64,000 nucleotides of DNA from Candidatus Bathyarchaeota archaeon (GTDB lineage Archaea > Thermoproteota > Bathyarchaeia > 40CM-2-53-6 > RBG-13-38-9): the NCBI GenBank assembly GCA_963807605.1, contig CAWECG010000001.1, forward strand, positions 416,001 to 480,000. The letters are read 5' to 3'. The translations under genes were made by a program, and so were the position numbers. Below, in pieces: positions 30,167 to 41,300 of this stretch. The notes below the pieces were generated by a model. That model was not told where the DNA came from and searched no databases. It saw only the letters and a list, made by a program, of their open reading frames with translations. Position 1 is the stretch's first letter. Every line of letters begins with the position of its first letter.

Positions 30167-31612
30167 CTATCTTGGCACGCTACGCCTTCCCAATAGTTTG
30201 AGAGCGATGTTCTTCCCTTGTTCTAGGTTTTCTCTCAGCCTCCGCTTGTCAGCGGATTCCCCATAGACTCTGAGGAGCGGTTCCGTCCCTGAAGGACGAA
30301 TAAGCAACCATCCTCCGTCTTCCAAAAGCAGTTTTATCCCATCCATCCTATTTACACTCGAGACCTTGGTATCACCGACTTTGTCTGGAATTCCTGAAGA
30401 CAACTCTTCCATAACGACCTTCTTCAGGTTGTCCGGACAGGGAACATCGTCACGCCCGCTGACACATGGACCGTATTCGGACATTAACTCGCTAAAGATT
30501 TTCGTAAGAGACTTCCCAGTTTTGGCCCTCAATTCGGTTGTCTTGATACACGTGAAGATTCCGTCTTTTTCAGAGATATGACCCTTAAAGCTCATGCCCC
30601 CGCTCTCCTCCGCCCCTATGAGAACGTCTTTCTCACGCAGATACTGTCCAACATACTTGAAACCTACTGGGACCTCGTACACAGGCAACCCATGTCTCTC
30701 AGCGATCCTGTCCACAAGATGAGTCGTAGCCACTGTACGCACGACGCCACCATGACCGCCGTCCTTTATCAAATAGTCAAACAACATGGGGAATAATTGA
30801 TCCGCTGACAGATAGGTGCAGTCGCTGTCGTATACAGCCAGACGGTCAGCGTCACCATCTGTCGCCAAACCAAGATCCGCCCTAACGCTCCTCACTCTAG
30901 ATCTTAGTTCGGTTAGAAACTCCGGGAGGGGTTCTGGACGCCCTCCTCCGAAGCTTGGATCAGGGTCATCGTGAATCATCGTTACTCTACAGCCAGCATC
31001 GCGTAAGATGCTGTCAAGGTAGCGTCTACCTGTTCCGTACATTGGGTCATAGACGATTTTCAATCTCGCCTTCTTCATCGACTCCAAGTCTATCTGGTTT
31101 TCAACGAATTCAATGTAAGACGTCAAGGGATCAATCGATTTAAGAAGACCCTCTACGATGCCTTTCTCTATAGAGGACTCCTTTATCGCCTTACCGCCGA
31201 AAACTCGACTTATGTTTCTGGTTATCTCTTCGGTGATATCTGGCAATGCTGGGCCAGCATATTCGGGAATGAACTTGATGCCGTTCCACTCCGGCGGATT
31301 ATGTGAGGCAGTTATCATCACACCCCCACCCGCCTTCTTCTGAAATACCTCCAAAGCTGTCACTGGCGTAGGGGTATCTCTTTCAGTGATGCAGGTCAGG
31401 ATCTTGTTGCCTAGCATTACCCTGCACGTGGCTTCTGCGAAATCGCGCGATCTCTTCCTTGTGTCGTATCCAACAATGATTCCTCTACCGTCGAGCTCAT
31501 TCTCCTTCATGTAATCTGCGATTGCCTGGGCAACAACTTTCACGTTGTTAATCGTGAAATCCGTACCGATGATTCCACGCCAACCATCGGTGCCGAACGT
31601 AATACTGGTCAA
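30167..31612 (-). CDS. Phosphoglucomutase/phosphomannomutase
   Basis: FGTDGWRG, TASHNP, DGDADR, EESGG, RPSGTEP. Confidence 0.95.
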   Translation of the reverse strand: MTSITFGTDGWRGIIGTDFTINNVKVVAQAIADYMKENELDGRGIIVGYDTRKRSRDFAEATCRVMLGNKILTCITERDTPTPVTALEVFQKKAGGGVMITASHNPPEWNGIKFIPEYAGPALPDITEEITRNISRVFGGKAIKESSIEKGIVEGLLKSIDPLTSYIEFVENQIDLESMKKARLKIVYDPMYGTGRRYLDSILRDAGCRVTMIHDDPDPSFGGGRPEPLPEFLTELRSRVRSVRADLGLATDGDADRLAVYDSDCTYLSADQLFPMLFDYLIKDGGHGGVVRTVATTHLVDRIAERHGLPVYEVPVGFKYVGQYLREKDVLIGAEESGGMSFKGHISEKDGIFTCIKTTELRAKTGKSLTKIFSELMSEYGPCVSGRDDVPCPDNLKKVVMEELSSGIPDKVGDTKVSSVNRMDGIKLLLEDGGWLLIRPSGTEPLLRVYGESADKRRLRENLEQGKNIALKLLGRRSVPR

Positions 31613-31706
31613 GTGAGCTCACTGTTCTTGGCGCGTGCTAAAATATCCCGTCCATTAAGATATAGGGTTGAGGCTTCAGACTTGCCATATTCTGTAGAGT
31701 TGATAG

Positions 31707-33848
31707 ATGCTAAGGAAAAGGATAGGCTGTGCCTTACTGCAAGAGGTTACTCTATTGAAAGCCCAAGATGTTAGATTCTCGAGTCCTGCAAGAGAAGATA
31801 GTGATTGGGATTATGCTAGAAACAAACGGGTTTTCTTAAGAAAGGGATTGCTTGAGTGGAGCTGCTCAGTCTTCTCTTCATCAGTTAAGCTCTGGGACAT
31901 GAGTCTTGTTGGCCCCAACAGAGACTCCCCATATGAGGGACTAACCTACTGCCTGAATCAAACTTCGTATAGGTTTCTTGACGGTCTGCTATTTTCCCGC
32001 ATAAATGAGAATCTAGTGCCGGTGCAAGTTGAGGTCTTCCCGAATAAAGCGCGTTACGTCTACAGCTCATCAGGTGGGCTGTTTAAAGCCGAATTAAACA
32101 CGACCGACATCAAAGATCTCGGGCCCGTCCTAATTCTGTCAGTGAACAGAAAATGCACCTTAGCACCGTTAGTAGACATCAGAGGCGTCTATGAAAAAAC
32201 CAATTTGAATGACATAATTGTCGACTATCAGAAAGACTACACCGAAATCAGAGGCAAAGAAACTTCACTGATAATGTTCGGCTTGCAGAATTTTGAGAAA
32301 GCAACGACAACTCTCAGTTGGCACTACAAATATGATGATGGGTTCAGAAAGAAAGAGAATGGGTTAATCTCGTTCAAAGGCGCTGACAGGGAAGTCTTAG
32401 CAGCCGGTTACGGCATTGCCGATCAACATGTGCTCATCAAACCCTGCGAGAAAGGAGCAGAACAAGAGACTGCCAAGACTCTTTCGAAAGTTGAACCTTC
32501 ATCGTTGATAGAGAAAGAAGAAGAGAGATTAGACAGGATATTAGATTCTGTAAGAATAGACACCGGAATAGAATTGACCGATGTAGCCTTGGCAGGCCGT
32601 ATTCTGACTTTAACTTCTTTCGGTCTTCCCGTGAATGGAAACGTAATTCCGGAAGCAGGAAGCTGGTGGTTTAGAAATTTGTGGGCACGAGATGCCCTTG
32701 AGGGAATCTTTTGGAATATAGAGACCTATGTGAAGATATTAGGAATGAAGGAATTTGTTAGGTCGACCTTGCGTTTTCTTCTGTCAACACTGAAATTAAG
32801 CAAAGCTGGCTTTTTGCCCGCTGTTATGACTCCTAACCCAGCAGGAGTGTCAGCAGACGGAACCATTCTACTTTTCTCTGCAATAGCAAAGTACAGCGAT
32901 GTTACTGGTGAAAAGGAGCTTTTCCTTGAAGCCAGAGAGATTCTAAGGAATCTCGCGGTTATCCTTCAGAATAACAGCGCAGACGTGGAGGGAGGACCTC
33001 CAGTTCTGGGAGAGAATTGTCTGTTGGCCTGTGCTCCAAATCAATCATGGACAGACAGCGTAAAACATGTCTCAGTAGGTTATGCTTCTTACCCTGGTTT
33101 TCCCTCAAGGATTCCAGACGAGTGGATAATCAAAGACATAGGGAGGATAGGGCCAGAAAAGGCTAGAGGAAGAGCCTTATCTCCAAAGTTCCTCCTTCCG
33201 GAGATCAACGCTCTTTGGATAAAAGTTTTGGAGAAATATGAAATCGAAAATCTGCTGCCAGATGCTGAAACGAATTTCCGTAAGATCTTCTGGAATGGCA
33301 ATTTCATAAACAACCTAGTCTCAATGGAAGGCGGGACGGATCCAACGGTCACCTCAATGGGAGTCGTGACTCTATCACTGCTTAAACACCTTTTCAATCA
33401 GAATGAGATCGACAGAGCTTGGAGTATAGTCAAAGAGAGACTCCTGATCCGCAGGCTTCCGGTGAGTTTCGGATCTTCACCTGTCCCATTCGGTATTCTT
33501 GTGAAGGATTCAGCGAAGAGGATCTACTTTGACGATGACGAGTATCATGAGGCTGTCGTTTGGCCCAGGGACATACCTTACCTGCTGGAGCTGGCTAAGA
33601 CAGCTGGTGAACCCGATCTAAGGAACTTACTTCTTAACGTTCTTGACGAGAGCCTATCCGAAGGCGCCTTGTTTTACACTGGCGAACTTTATTCTTTACC
33701 TGAAGGGGAAAATCCCAACCCGAACTCGCCTCTATCAGATAATCCCGTTCCAGTCAAGAACCAGATTCAATATTGGAGTCACTGGTGTGACCCCTTCTTA
33801 GACTTCAGCCTTTTAGCTCAGAAATACGATATTAATTCAAGAAAGTAA
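31707..33848 (+). CDS. Amylo-alpha-1,6-glucosidase / glycogen debranching enzyme (archaeal type)
   Basis: AGSWWFRNLWARD, SADG, SWTDS, EINALW, YHEAVVWP; the true start may be a little downstream. Confidence 0.8.
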   Translation: MLRKRIGCALLQEVTLLKAQDVRFSSPAREDSDWDYARNKRVFLRKGLLEWSCSVFSSSVKLWDMSLVGPNRDSPYEGLTYCLNQTSYRFLDGLLFSRINENLVPVQVEVFPNKARYVYSSSGGLFKAELNTTDIKDLGPVLILSVNRKCTLAPLVDIRGVYEKTNLNDIIVDYQKDYTEIRGKETSLIMFGLQNFEKATTTLSWHYKYDDGFRKKENGLISFKGADREVLAAGYGIADQHVLIKPCEKGAEQETAKTLSKVEPSSLIEKEEERLDRILDSVRIDTGIELTDVALAGRILTLTSFGLPVNGNVIPEAGSWWFRNLWARDALEGIFWNIETYVKILGMKEFVRSTLRFLLSTLKLSKAGFLPAVMTPNPAGVSADGTILLFSAIAKYSDVTGEKELFLEAREILRNLAVILQNNSADVEGGPPVLGENCLLACAPNQSWTDSVKHVSVGYASYPGFPSRIPDEWIIKDIGRIGPEKARGRALSPKFLLPEINALWIKVLEKYEIENLLPDAETNFRKIFWNGNFINNLVSMEGGTDPTVTSMGVVTLSLLKHLFNQNEIDRAWSIVKERLLIRRLPVSFGSSPVPFGILVKDSAKRIYFDDDEYHEAVVWPRDIPYLLELAKTAGEPDLRNLLLNVLDESLSEGALFYTGELYSLPEGENPNPNSPLSDNPVPVKNQIQYWSHWCDPFLDFSLLAQKYDINSRK

Positions 33849-33988
33849 CAATGACTCGAACATTTCTCTTTTGTAGGATCTTCGAGCGCGCGCCTATCGA
33901 ACAGGTGTATACAAAACACTGATTAGTACCAGCACACCAAGTAAAAAATAACGCATCGTCAATCTTTTGGTTTGCAGGAAAATATCGA

Positions 33989-34300
33989 TTATATTGCCCT
34001 AACTAACTCTCTTTTAGCTTCCTCTGGCGGCAGATTTTGCTCTCTAATACCTTTTATTGTTGCGGCTAGAGCTTCGTCTTTCAACATTTCTGATACCCAT
34101 TTCTCGAAGTCTCCCCTGTCGAGATGGAAAGCTATCGATTTACTGTCTACGGCCTTCAAGCATTCTTTGAACTCTTTTAGCGTAGAAGCTGATTTGTTAG
34201 CGGGCACGCCCACGTCCAGATAGAAATGGAACTCTCTACCCGGAGGAGCTCTGGCCACTTTGGCTATTTGAGTTCGTCTTCTACCTGCGGTTGTTGACAA
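33989..34300 (-). CDS. DUF5752-like small protein
   Basis: FHFY...LKEF...SIAFHLDRGDFEKWV..LKDE.LA; same domain as the GH57 C-terminus; GAGGTG SD before TTG. Confidence 0.8.
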   Translation of the reverse strand: MSTTAGRRRTQIAKVARAPPGREFHFYLDVGVPANKSASTLKEFKECLKAVDSKSIAFHLDRGDFEKWVSEMLKDEALAATIKGIREQNLPPEEAKRELVRAI

Positions 34301-34543
34301 GAAAATCACCTCGAATGAATCCTAAAATGTACTATGATATTCACGGAAGATAAAAGGGTGTAGGTGGGTCGACCAGATTTCGGAGTTGTTATGCATCAGT
34401 ACTGAGACAGACGAGAAATTCGTAAACCATCCCAGTCACGCGCTTCTTTTATCTCTATGCCTACTGATTCAGAACTAGAAAGTGTCCTTTCCATATTCAC
34501 ATGAAAATGATTTGCGGGATTATTCTAAGCTAATACCTTTTAG

Positions 34544-35878
34544 GTGCTTTCTCTGAAAGTCATAGATAATATCGATATAACAACAGTCAATTTGCTGTTG
34601 ATAGAATTGGCCACGGGTACCACGACCGATTATGACCCTGGATCCTTAGTGACAATAATTCCTATTGGCGGGGAGGCGAAACGTTTACTCCCACTCACAG
34701 CGGAGGTCGCCAAGCCGTGCATTAGGCTGCTAAACCGCCCCATTGTTGAGATGTCACTGTTATCCCTTACAAGTCAAGGAGTAAGAAACTTCATCTTTGG
34801 AGTTAAGGGCTATACCAACTACAGGAGTCTTTACGATTACTTCCAGTCAGGCGTTGACTTCTCAGCAAGATACAAGGTCGATCCACCTGTTCACATCAAG
34901 TATCAGCCCAACGTAGAAGACTGTGGAAGCGCTGACTCAGCCAGAATAAATATTGAATATTATGATATTGAAAAACCGATATTGATTATTCAAGGCGACA
35001 ATATTCTCGACGTTGACCTCAAAGATCTCCTGACTTTTCACCAAGCTAGAAGAGCCTACATGACGATTGGACTTGTACCCGTAACCGACGTTACAGGATA
35101 CGGCATAGCCGATATCGATAAGGACATGAGGATATCAAGGTTTGTTGAGAAACCTAGTCCAAATGAGGCACCATCAAATCTAGCGAACGCGGGACTCTAC
35201 TTGATCTCTCCAAAGATCAGGAGGATCTTCAAAGAGAAGACGATTCAAGAGAAGATTCTAAACAAGCGGTTAGATTTTGGCTACGATCTGATACCCTACT
35301 TGGTAGATGCTGGGATACGTGTCTTTGGGTATGTCCTGAAGGGAACATGGTTTGATGTAGGAACGCCGGAAAGATATCTTGAGGCGATGAAGGCTATACT
35401 TCACGGTCAACTGAAAGCCTTGCAGGACTTCGGCAGTAAGACATCTGAGAATCCTGCTGTGTGGATCCAGGGGGAGAGTATCGAATCCATTCGCACTAGG
35501 GAAGAGATAATGCAGAAGATCACTAGAGGCAAGATCAAGGTTGAAGGTCCCGTCCTTATAGGTAGACACTGCAGGATATCTGACGGAGCTAGAATAGTCG
35601 AATCGTGCATTGACAACTATTCACAGATCGGCAAGAATGTGATCGTAGAGAGATCAGCTGTGATGGACCGCGTAATAGTCGAAGACAACGCCGAGATACG
35701 TGAAAGCATCATAGGAAGACACTCAACCATCAAATCCTGCAGAGCCAAGCCTACAAAGATCCTCCAAACTTCAGTCTTGGCGGACGATGTTACAGTCGAA
35801 GCAGGATGTAACCTTGTAAGCGCAAGAATTTACCCACACAAGTACGTTTCCGAATTCGGCTACACCGACAAGAGATGA
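34544..35878 (+). CDS. Sugar-1-phosphate nucleotidyltransferase (NDP-glucose synthase candidate) with hexapeptide tail
   Basis: GGEAKRLLPLT...KP, QGDN, FVEKP, WFDVGTP, C-terminal beta-helix repeats; start possibly TTG ~34607. Confidence 0.9.
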   Translation: MLSLKVIDNIDITTVNLLLIELATGTTTDYDPGSLVTIIPIGGEAKRLLPLTAEVAKPCIRLLNRPIVEMSLLSLTSQGVRNFIFGVKGYTNYRSLYDYFQSGVDFSARYKVDPPVHIKYQPNVEDCGSADSARINIEYYDIEKPILIIQGDNILDVDLKDLLTFHQARRAYMTIGLVPVTDVTGYGIADIDKDMRISRFVEKPSPNEAPSNLANAGLYLISPKIRRIFKEKTIQEKILNKRLDFGYDLIPYLVDAGIRVFGYVLKGTWFDVGTPERYLEAMKAILHGQLKALQDFGSKTSENPAVWIQGESIESIRTREEIMQKITRGKIKVEGPVLIGRHCRISDGARIVESCIDNYSQIGKNVIVERSAVMDRVIVEDNAEIRESIIGRHSTIKSCRAKPTKILQTSVLADDVTVEAGCNLVSARIYPHKYVSEFGYTDKR

Positions 35879-35939
35879 GACAGATGCATCACGAGCACTG
35901 TCATATCGACTAATAGCAGACTCAGGAGTATCCAAAACA

Positions 35940-37860
35940 TTGGCAGATGAAGCGAACATTATAGAAAATACGCCGGGAGACGAACTACGACAGCGAGTAA
36001 AGGAACTCTCATGCTTGTATGGAATTGAAAAACTAATCGAACCAGGAGCAGACATCGACAGGATTCTGAACGGGGTGACCTCTCTAATTCCTTCCGCTTG
36101 GCATCAAGCTGATATCGCGTGTGCTAGGATCGTCTACGCTGGGCAGAAATTCGAAACAGCCAACTTCAAGGAGACCTTGTGGAGACAGTCAGCAGATATC
36201 AAAATTCTCGGAAAGAAAGTTGGCGCCGTAGAGGTCTACTATCTGGAAGAGAAACCTGAATTTCATGAAGACCCATTCTTCAAAGAAGAAAGAAATCTGA
36301 TAAATACAATTGCAGGAAGACTCAGCAGATTTCTTGAACGCAAGCAACTAGAGAAGACATTATCGGAAACTAAAGAGTTGCTGGAGAAGGTCTTCTCTAG
36401 CATCGACATCATGATCGTCTACATGGATAGAGATTTCAACTTCATACGTGTGAATCGGGCCTACGCCGAGGCTAACAGACATGAACCCGAGTTCTTCGTT
36501 GGCAAGAACCACTTTGATCTCTATCCAAGCAAGGAGAATGAGGAGATATTCCGAAGGGTCGTTGAGACCGCCGAACCCTATTTCACCTACGCTAAACCGT
36601 TCAAGAACCCTCTACGGCCCGAGCTTGAGATAACCTATTGGGATTGGGGCCTCCAACCCGTGAAAGAAACCGACGGAAGAGTAAGCGGATTAGTCCTAAG
36701 TCTCATTGATGTAACTGAGCGCCAGCAGGCACAGGCAGAGCTTGAGCGTTACCACAAACACTTGGAAGAACTGACTGAAGAGCGAACTAGGGACCTGAAG
36801 CATAGCGAGGCCCGTTACCGCGGAATCGTCGAAGACCTGACCGAACTGGTCTGCCGTTTCTCACCCGACGGCAAACTCACCTTTGTCAATGACGTTTACT
36901 GTCTATACTTCGGCAAAAGACGCGAGGAACTGGTAGGGTACAGCTTCATACCTCTCATCCATCAAGAGGACCGTGAAAGAATAGAGAAACAGATCGCATC
37001 CCTTAGCCCGGAGAGACCTTTAGCTGAGATTGAAGAACGCATTATAATGCCCAGTGGGGAGATTCGCTGGCAAGAGTGGACCAACCGAGCCATTTTCGAC
37101 GATCAGATGCGCTTGATAGAGATACAGTCAGTAGGACGCGACATCACCGAACGCAAGAATCTAGCCGAAATAAAAAACCGATTCATATCAGCCGTCACCC
37201 ATGAACTCCGAACTCCCCTCGTCTCAATTGGCGGGTACTTGGATTACATCCTTATGGGAAAGAGGGGGGCGGTGCCAGAAAATATTCAAGAGAGCCTCAA
37301 AATTGTCAAACGAAACGCTGACATGCTCCTCAGGTTAACGAATGACCTTTTGGAGATTCAACGCATCGAGTCCGGAAAGTTCAGTCTGAAGTTGGAGACT
37401 CTCGATCTTAGGAAAGTTATAGATCGATGCGTTGAAGAGATTCACATTCCTATCGAGAAGAAAAATCAGAACTTTCATCTAAAGATTCCTGAGGGATCCA
37501 TGCCAGTTAAGGGGGACTGGGAGAGGCTGAGCCAAGCCCTAATGAACCTACTCTATAACGCCAACAAGTTCACACCCGAGGGGGGGAATATAGTTCTTCA
37601 GGTGGAAGAGGATGAAGCCACCTTCAGAGATCCAAGTCTCTGATACAGGGCTCGGTATTCGGAAAGAGAATCTAGAGACAGTCTTTGAACCCTTTGCCGA
37701 CATCGAGAAACCAGAATACTTTAGAGGAACAGGATTAGGCCTGAGCGTCACCAAGGGCCTGATTGAGGCTCACGGAGGCAGGATATGGGCTGATTCAGAA
37801 GGGGAAGGCAAAGGATCTACCTTTAGCTTCGAAATACCCAAATTAATGGGCGAGGGATAA
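35940..37860 (+). CDS. GAF-like/PAS/PAS histidine kinase (apparent +1 frameshift near 37625)
   Basis: RVKELSCLY N-terminus, two PAS, THELRTPL, NLLYNANKF; the G1/F/G2 boxes (DTGLG, GTGLGL) lie in ORF 37612-37860. Confidence 0.9.
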
Positions 37861-37867
37861 TTCTTTC

Positions 37868-39485
37868 TTGCCAGATAGAATTCTTGTAGTAGACGATGAA
37901 CCCGACATTCTCAATCTGGCCCAGATGATTCTTGAAGGATGGAGGATACGATGTCCTGGTAGCCTCCAATGGGGAGGAGGCCATCCAGAGGGCAGAAGTG
38001 GAGATGCCAGACCTTATCCTCTTGGATGTCGTGATGCCTGGCAAGAGCGGCCTCGAAGTCTGCAAGACCCTAAAGACAAGACTGAGGACTCGGCTCATCC
38101 CGATAGTCATCTTTACTGTTCTAGGTCGCGATGTTGACCGCAAGAATATCATCGATGCTGGGGCGGATGGCCACTTCACGAAGCCCTTTACGCCTGAAGG
38201 TCTTCTATCAGAGGTTAAAAGACACCTTGAGAAGGCCAGAGCATCAAGACCTGCAAAACCCCTAGAAATGGAAGTCAAGGATTTAGGACGTCACCATTTC
38301 AAGGTGGCTATGCTGGCTTGGGAATCACTCTACACTGTTCGTATTGGAGGCCTTGCCGTGGCTGCTACCAGGTTGGCAGAGGAATTAGCCGAGGCGGGTC
38401 ACGTAATCCACTTCTTCACAAGAAGAGCGCCTGGACAGCCCCAATATATGACGATAAACCATGTCAACTATTATACTTGCGTATCAGATCCCGGCAATAA
38501 CAGCTTGGAATTCGCTCGTAACATGTCCAAGGCATTGGTTGCGGGCGTCCATGAAGTTCAGAGATATGAGGGCAAGTTTGACGTAATTCATGGTCATGAC
38601 TGGCTTGTCGTCGACGCTTTACACGATCTCAAAAATGAGGGCTATCCAGTAGTCCTCACTTACCACTCGACTGAGTACGGGCGTCAAGGCGGGAGCTTTG
38701 GTGACTGGTGGGAGTTCAAGGAGATCTCAGGCAAAGAATGGTACGGAGGGTACATCGCGAACAGAGTTACCACAGTCTCCAATTATATGAAGAATGAGTT
38801 GAACTGGCTTTACAAGATCCCTCTTGACAAGATAGAAGTGATTCCAAACGCAATCGATCCAACCGGATACAAACTGAATCTTGATCCTGGTAAAATAAAA
38901 GAGAAGTACGACATTCATCCCTTGGCTCCAATGGTCGGGTTCATCGGCAGGCTAGAAAGTCAGAAGGGCCCTGACCTTCTGGTCGAAGCCATACCAAAAG
39001 TGCTCGCAAACAGATGGGATACCAAATTCATTTTCATAGGACAAGGCAGTATGCGGGGCTACTTGGAGAATAGAGCCAAGGAGCTGGGCATAGCAGACTC
39101 AGCCAGATTTCTGGATTTTGTGCCCTATTGGCATTTTCGAGAGCTTATCAACGCATGTGACATCATCTGTCTCCCCAGCAGGAACGAACCCTTTGGGATA
39201 GCCTTGTTGGAGGCTTGGGCAGCCGGGAAGCCAGTTGTAGCGGCTGACGTTGGTGGCTTACGCGAGAATATAGATAATTTTGTTAATGGAATAAAGGTCT
39301 ACACAACCCCAGAGTCCGTGGCTTGGGGTATAAACTACCTCCTCAACTCACCTGATGCAATGAAGAAACTGTCTGAGGAGGCATCAAAGAAAGTATTGGC
39401 CTTCAAGTGGGAGAATACGATCAACAAACTAGTCGATACCTATTCCCATGCAATTGGCACACAGCTCTCCGGCAAGGTTCCATAG
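37868..39485 (+). CDS. Receiver (REC)-GT4 glycosyltransferase (glycogen-synthase-like) fusion, apparent +1 frameshift near 37937
   Basis: MPDRILVVDDEP.. joins ..GYDVL..LILLDVVMP..FTV..KPF; the same frame continues into WESLYTVRIGGLA, HGHDW, IGRLESQKG, EPFGIALLEA. Confidence 0.9.
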
Positions 39486-39586
39486 TTCGTGGACTCTTTT
39501 GATAAGGCTTGAACCCGACTCTGGCGCTTATGTCCCCATTGTCCTAATTGCGAGCAAGTGCTAAAGAAACTGACTTTAGGATCTTC

Positions 39587-41125
39587 CTATATCAGGGCTC
39601 TCAATTCCGATACTCTTTGATTTACACGGTCATGGAGAGTCTTTCTGAGCTCCGCGGCATTTGACTTTCGGATGTTTTCTATTCGATTTGCGAGTTGGTC
39701 ATCTCCTATAACTTTACTGATCCATTTCTCAAAGTCTCCACGAGCGAAGTGATACTCAATAGATCTGTCAGAAGCGATCAAGATAGCTTCTTTGAACTCA
39801 TCCATTGAGTGTGCTGACAGGCTAATGTATTTGCCGTTCTCACGAAAGTGAAAAGCCTCGTCGGGTGGCACTATTCGGAGCACATATGCAGATGTTCTCT
39901 CCGGCTCAGCAAGGTTGTCAGCCACTTTCGCATAAAAGTCCGAAAGGATCCGGGTAAACGCCCAGAAAGCCTGCACAGGAGGTTGATTGCTGAAGTATCC
40001 GTGCACCAAACCTGAAGCCCCTGGCTCCGTGTACATATAGTAAAGATGATCGCTTATCTGCAATAGCCTCCATAATTTTAGAATCTTCTCGTTTCGAGTC
40101 TTCTTTACGTAAGGTTCCAGACACTTTAGAGCGCTGTAGCACGTCCTCTGCATATCGTTGCCAAACCAAGCGTTTGTACTTCGTTCAACATCTGCCCAAG
40201 AGACTGTATTGAAGTCGTTCACAGATACTACTCCCACCGGAGCATGTGAGGATACGAGTTCAGAGGGAGTCTTGAACTGGAGGTTGTTGTATTTCAGAAT
40301 CTCCCCTGGTATCCACTTAAGGAACTCAAGTATTCCTGTTTCGGGCCATTGATGCTCACCGAAAGTCTCGTAGTCGATGAACATGTTTATGCATTGGCCT
40401 GGTGTCGCCGATAGCCATGCGGCGTACTTGTCGGCGGTCAAAGGCCATCCAACCCAGTCTCTAGCGGAGAACCTGAAGGCTACATCATCTGAGAGTCTAT
40501 TGTTTCGCAAGAGAACCACTATGTCTGTTTGGTCTGCTTTATAGACATAGTCGGGCGACCTCCATCCAAGAATACGCTCAGCCCCTTCTGTAAATACTCC
40601 CTGATACCCCATACAATCCAGCGTCTTCGCGATAGAATTGTTGTAGATGAACTCCGTATTCTCGAATACTCGTGGAACATAACCGAAGAGCTCTTCCATG
40701 AGCTGCCTGTGAAGACGCACCTGTTCAATAAATTCCTCTCTATTTGCCGAGAATAGACTTGAAATCGAATGATAATATGTCTGGTCAAGGAACTCCACGC
40801 AACCGCTATCAGCCAATTGTTTGAATAGATCTAAAGCTTCTGGCGCCCAGCGTTCTAGCTGTTCAATTAAAACTCCTGAAATACTATAAGCTACCTTGAA
40901 TTTCTTCTTTTCTTTCTTGAATTTATCGATATTCTTTAAGACTATTTCGTTGGCAGGGATGTAACATTTCCTGGCAACTCTTTTCAGGATGTCTCTGTTC
41001 CATTCATTATCAAAGTAAATTTCAAAGAGCTCTTCGGCCTTTTTGCCCTTGCTCAGGTCTTCGTTGAAATCTTTGAGGATTCTGAAAGGTTGGTGGACTT
41101 CGAAACCAAAACAGACATCAGGCAT
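39587..41125 (-). CDS. GH57 alpha-amylase-like enzyme with C-terminal DUF5752-like domain
   Basis: EVHQP, TYYHS, ENTE (nucleophile), DYETFGEH (acid/base), SD region; C-terminal HFARGDFEKWI. Confidence 0.92.
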   Translation of the reverse strand: MPDVCFGFEVHQPFRILKDFNEDLSKGKKAEELFEIYFDNEWNRDILKRVARKCYIPANEIVLKNIDKFKKEKKKFKVAYSISGVLIEQLERWAPEALDLFKQLADSGCVEFLDQTYYHSISSLFSANREEFIEQVRLHRQLMEELFGYVPRVFENTEFIYNNSIAKTLDCMGYQGVFTEGAERILGWRSPDYVYKADQTDIVVLLRNNRLSDDVAFRFSARDWVGWPLTADKYAAWLSATPGQCINMFIDYETFGEHQWPETGILEFLKWIPGEILKYNNLQFKTPSELVSSHAPVGVVSVNDFNTVSWADVERSTNAWFGNDMQRTCYSALKCLEPYVKKTRNEKILKLWRLLQISDHLYYMYTEPGASGLVHGYFSNQPPVQAFWAFTRILSDFYAKVADNLAEPERTSAYVLRIVPPDEAFHFRENGKYISLSAHSMDEFKEAILIASDRSIEYHFARGDFEKWISKVIGDDQLANRIENIRKSNAAELRKTLHDRVNQRVSELRALI

Positions 41126-41300
41126 TCAATCACCATACTCCTCCATCAAAACGGCGGCACACGTAACAATTCATCTTGCCTGCTTAGAAACTTAGCTTAC
41201 AATTAACAACTAGGTGAAAATTCGCAAGAAATCCTGAACGGAGATGTCTTGAAGACGATTCTTCCTGAAGTTATGATTGAAATCGTCTTTCTTTAATCTC

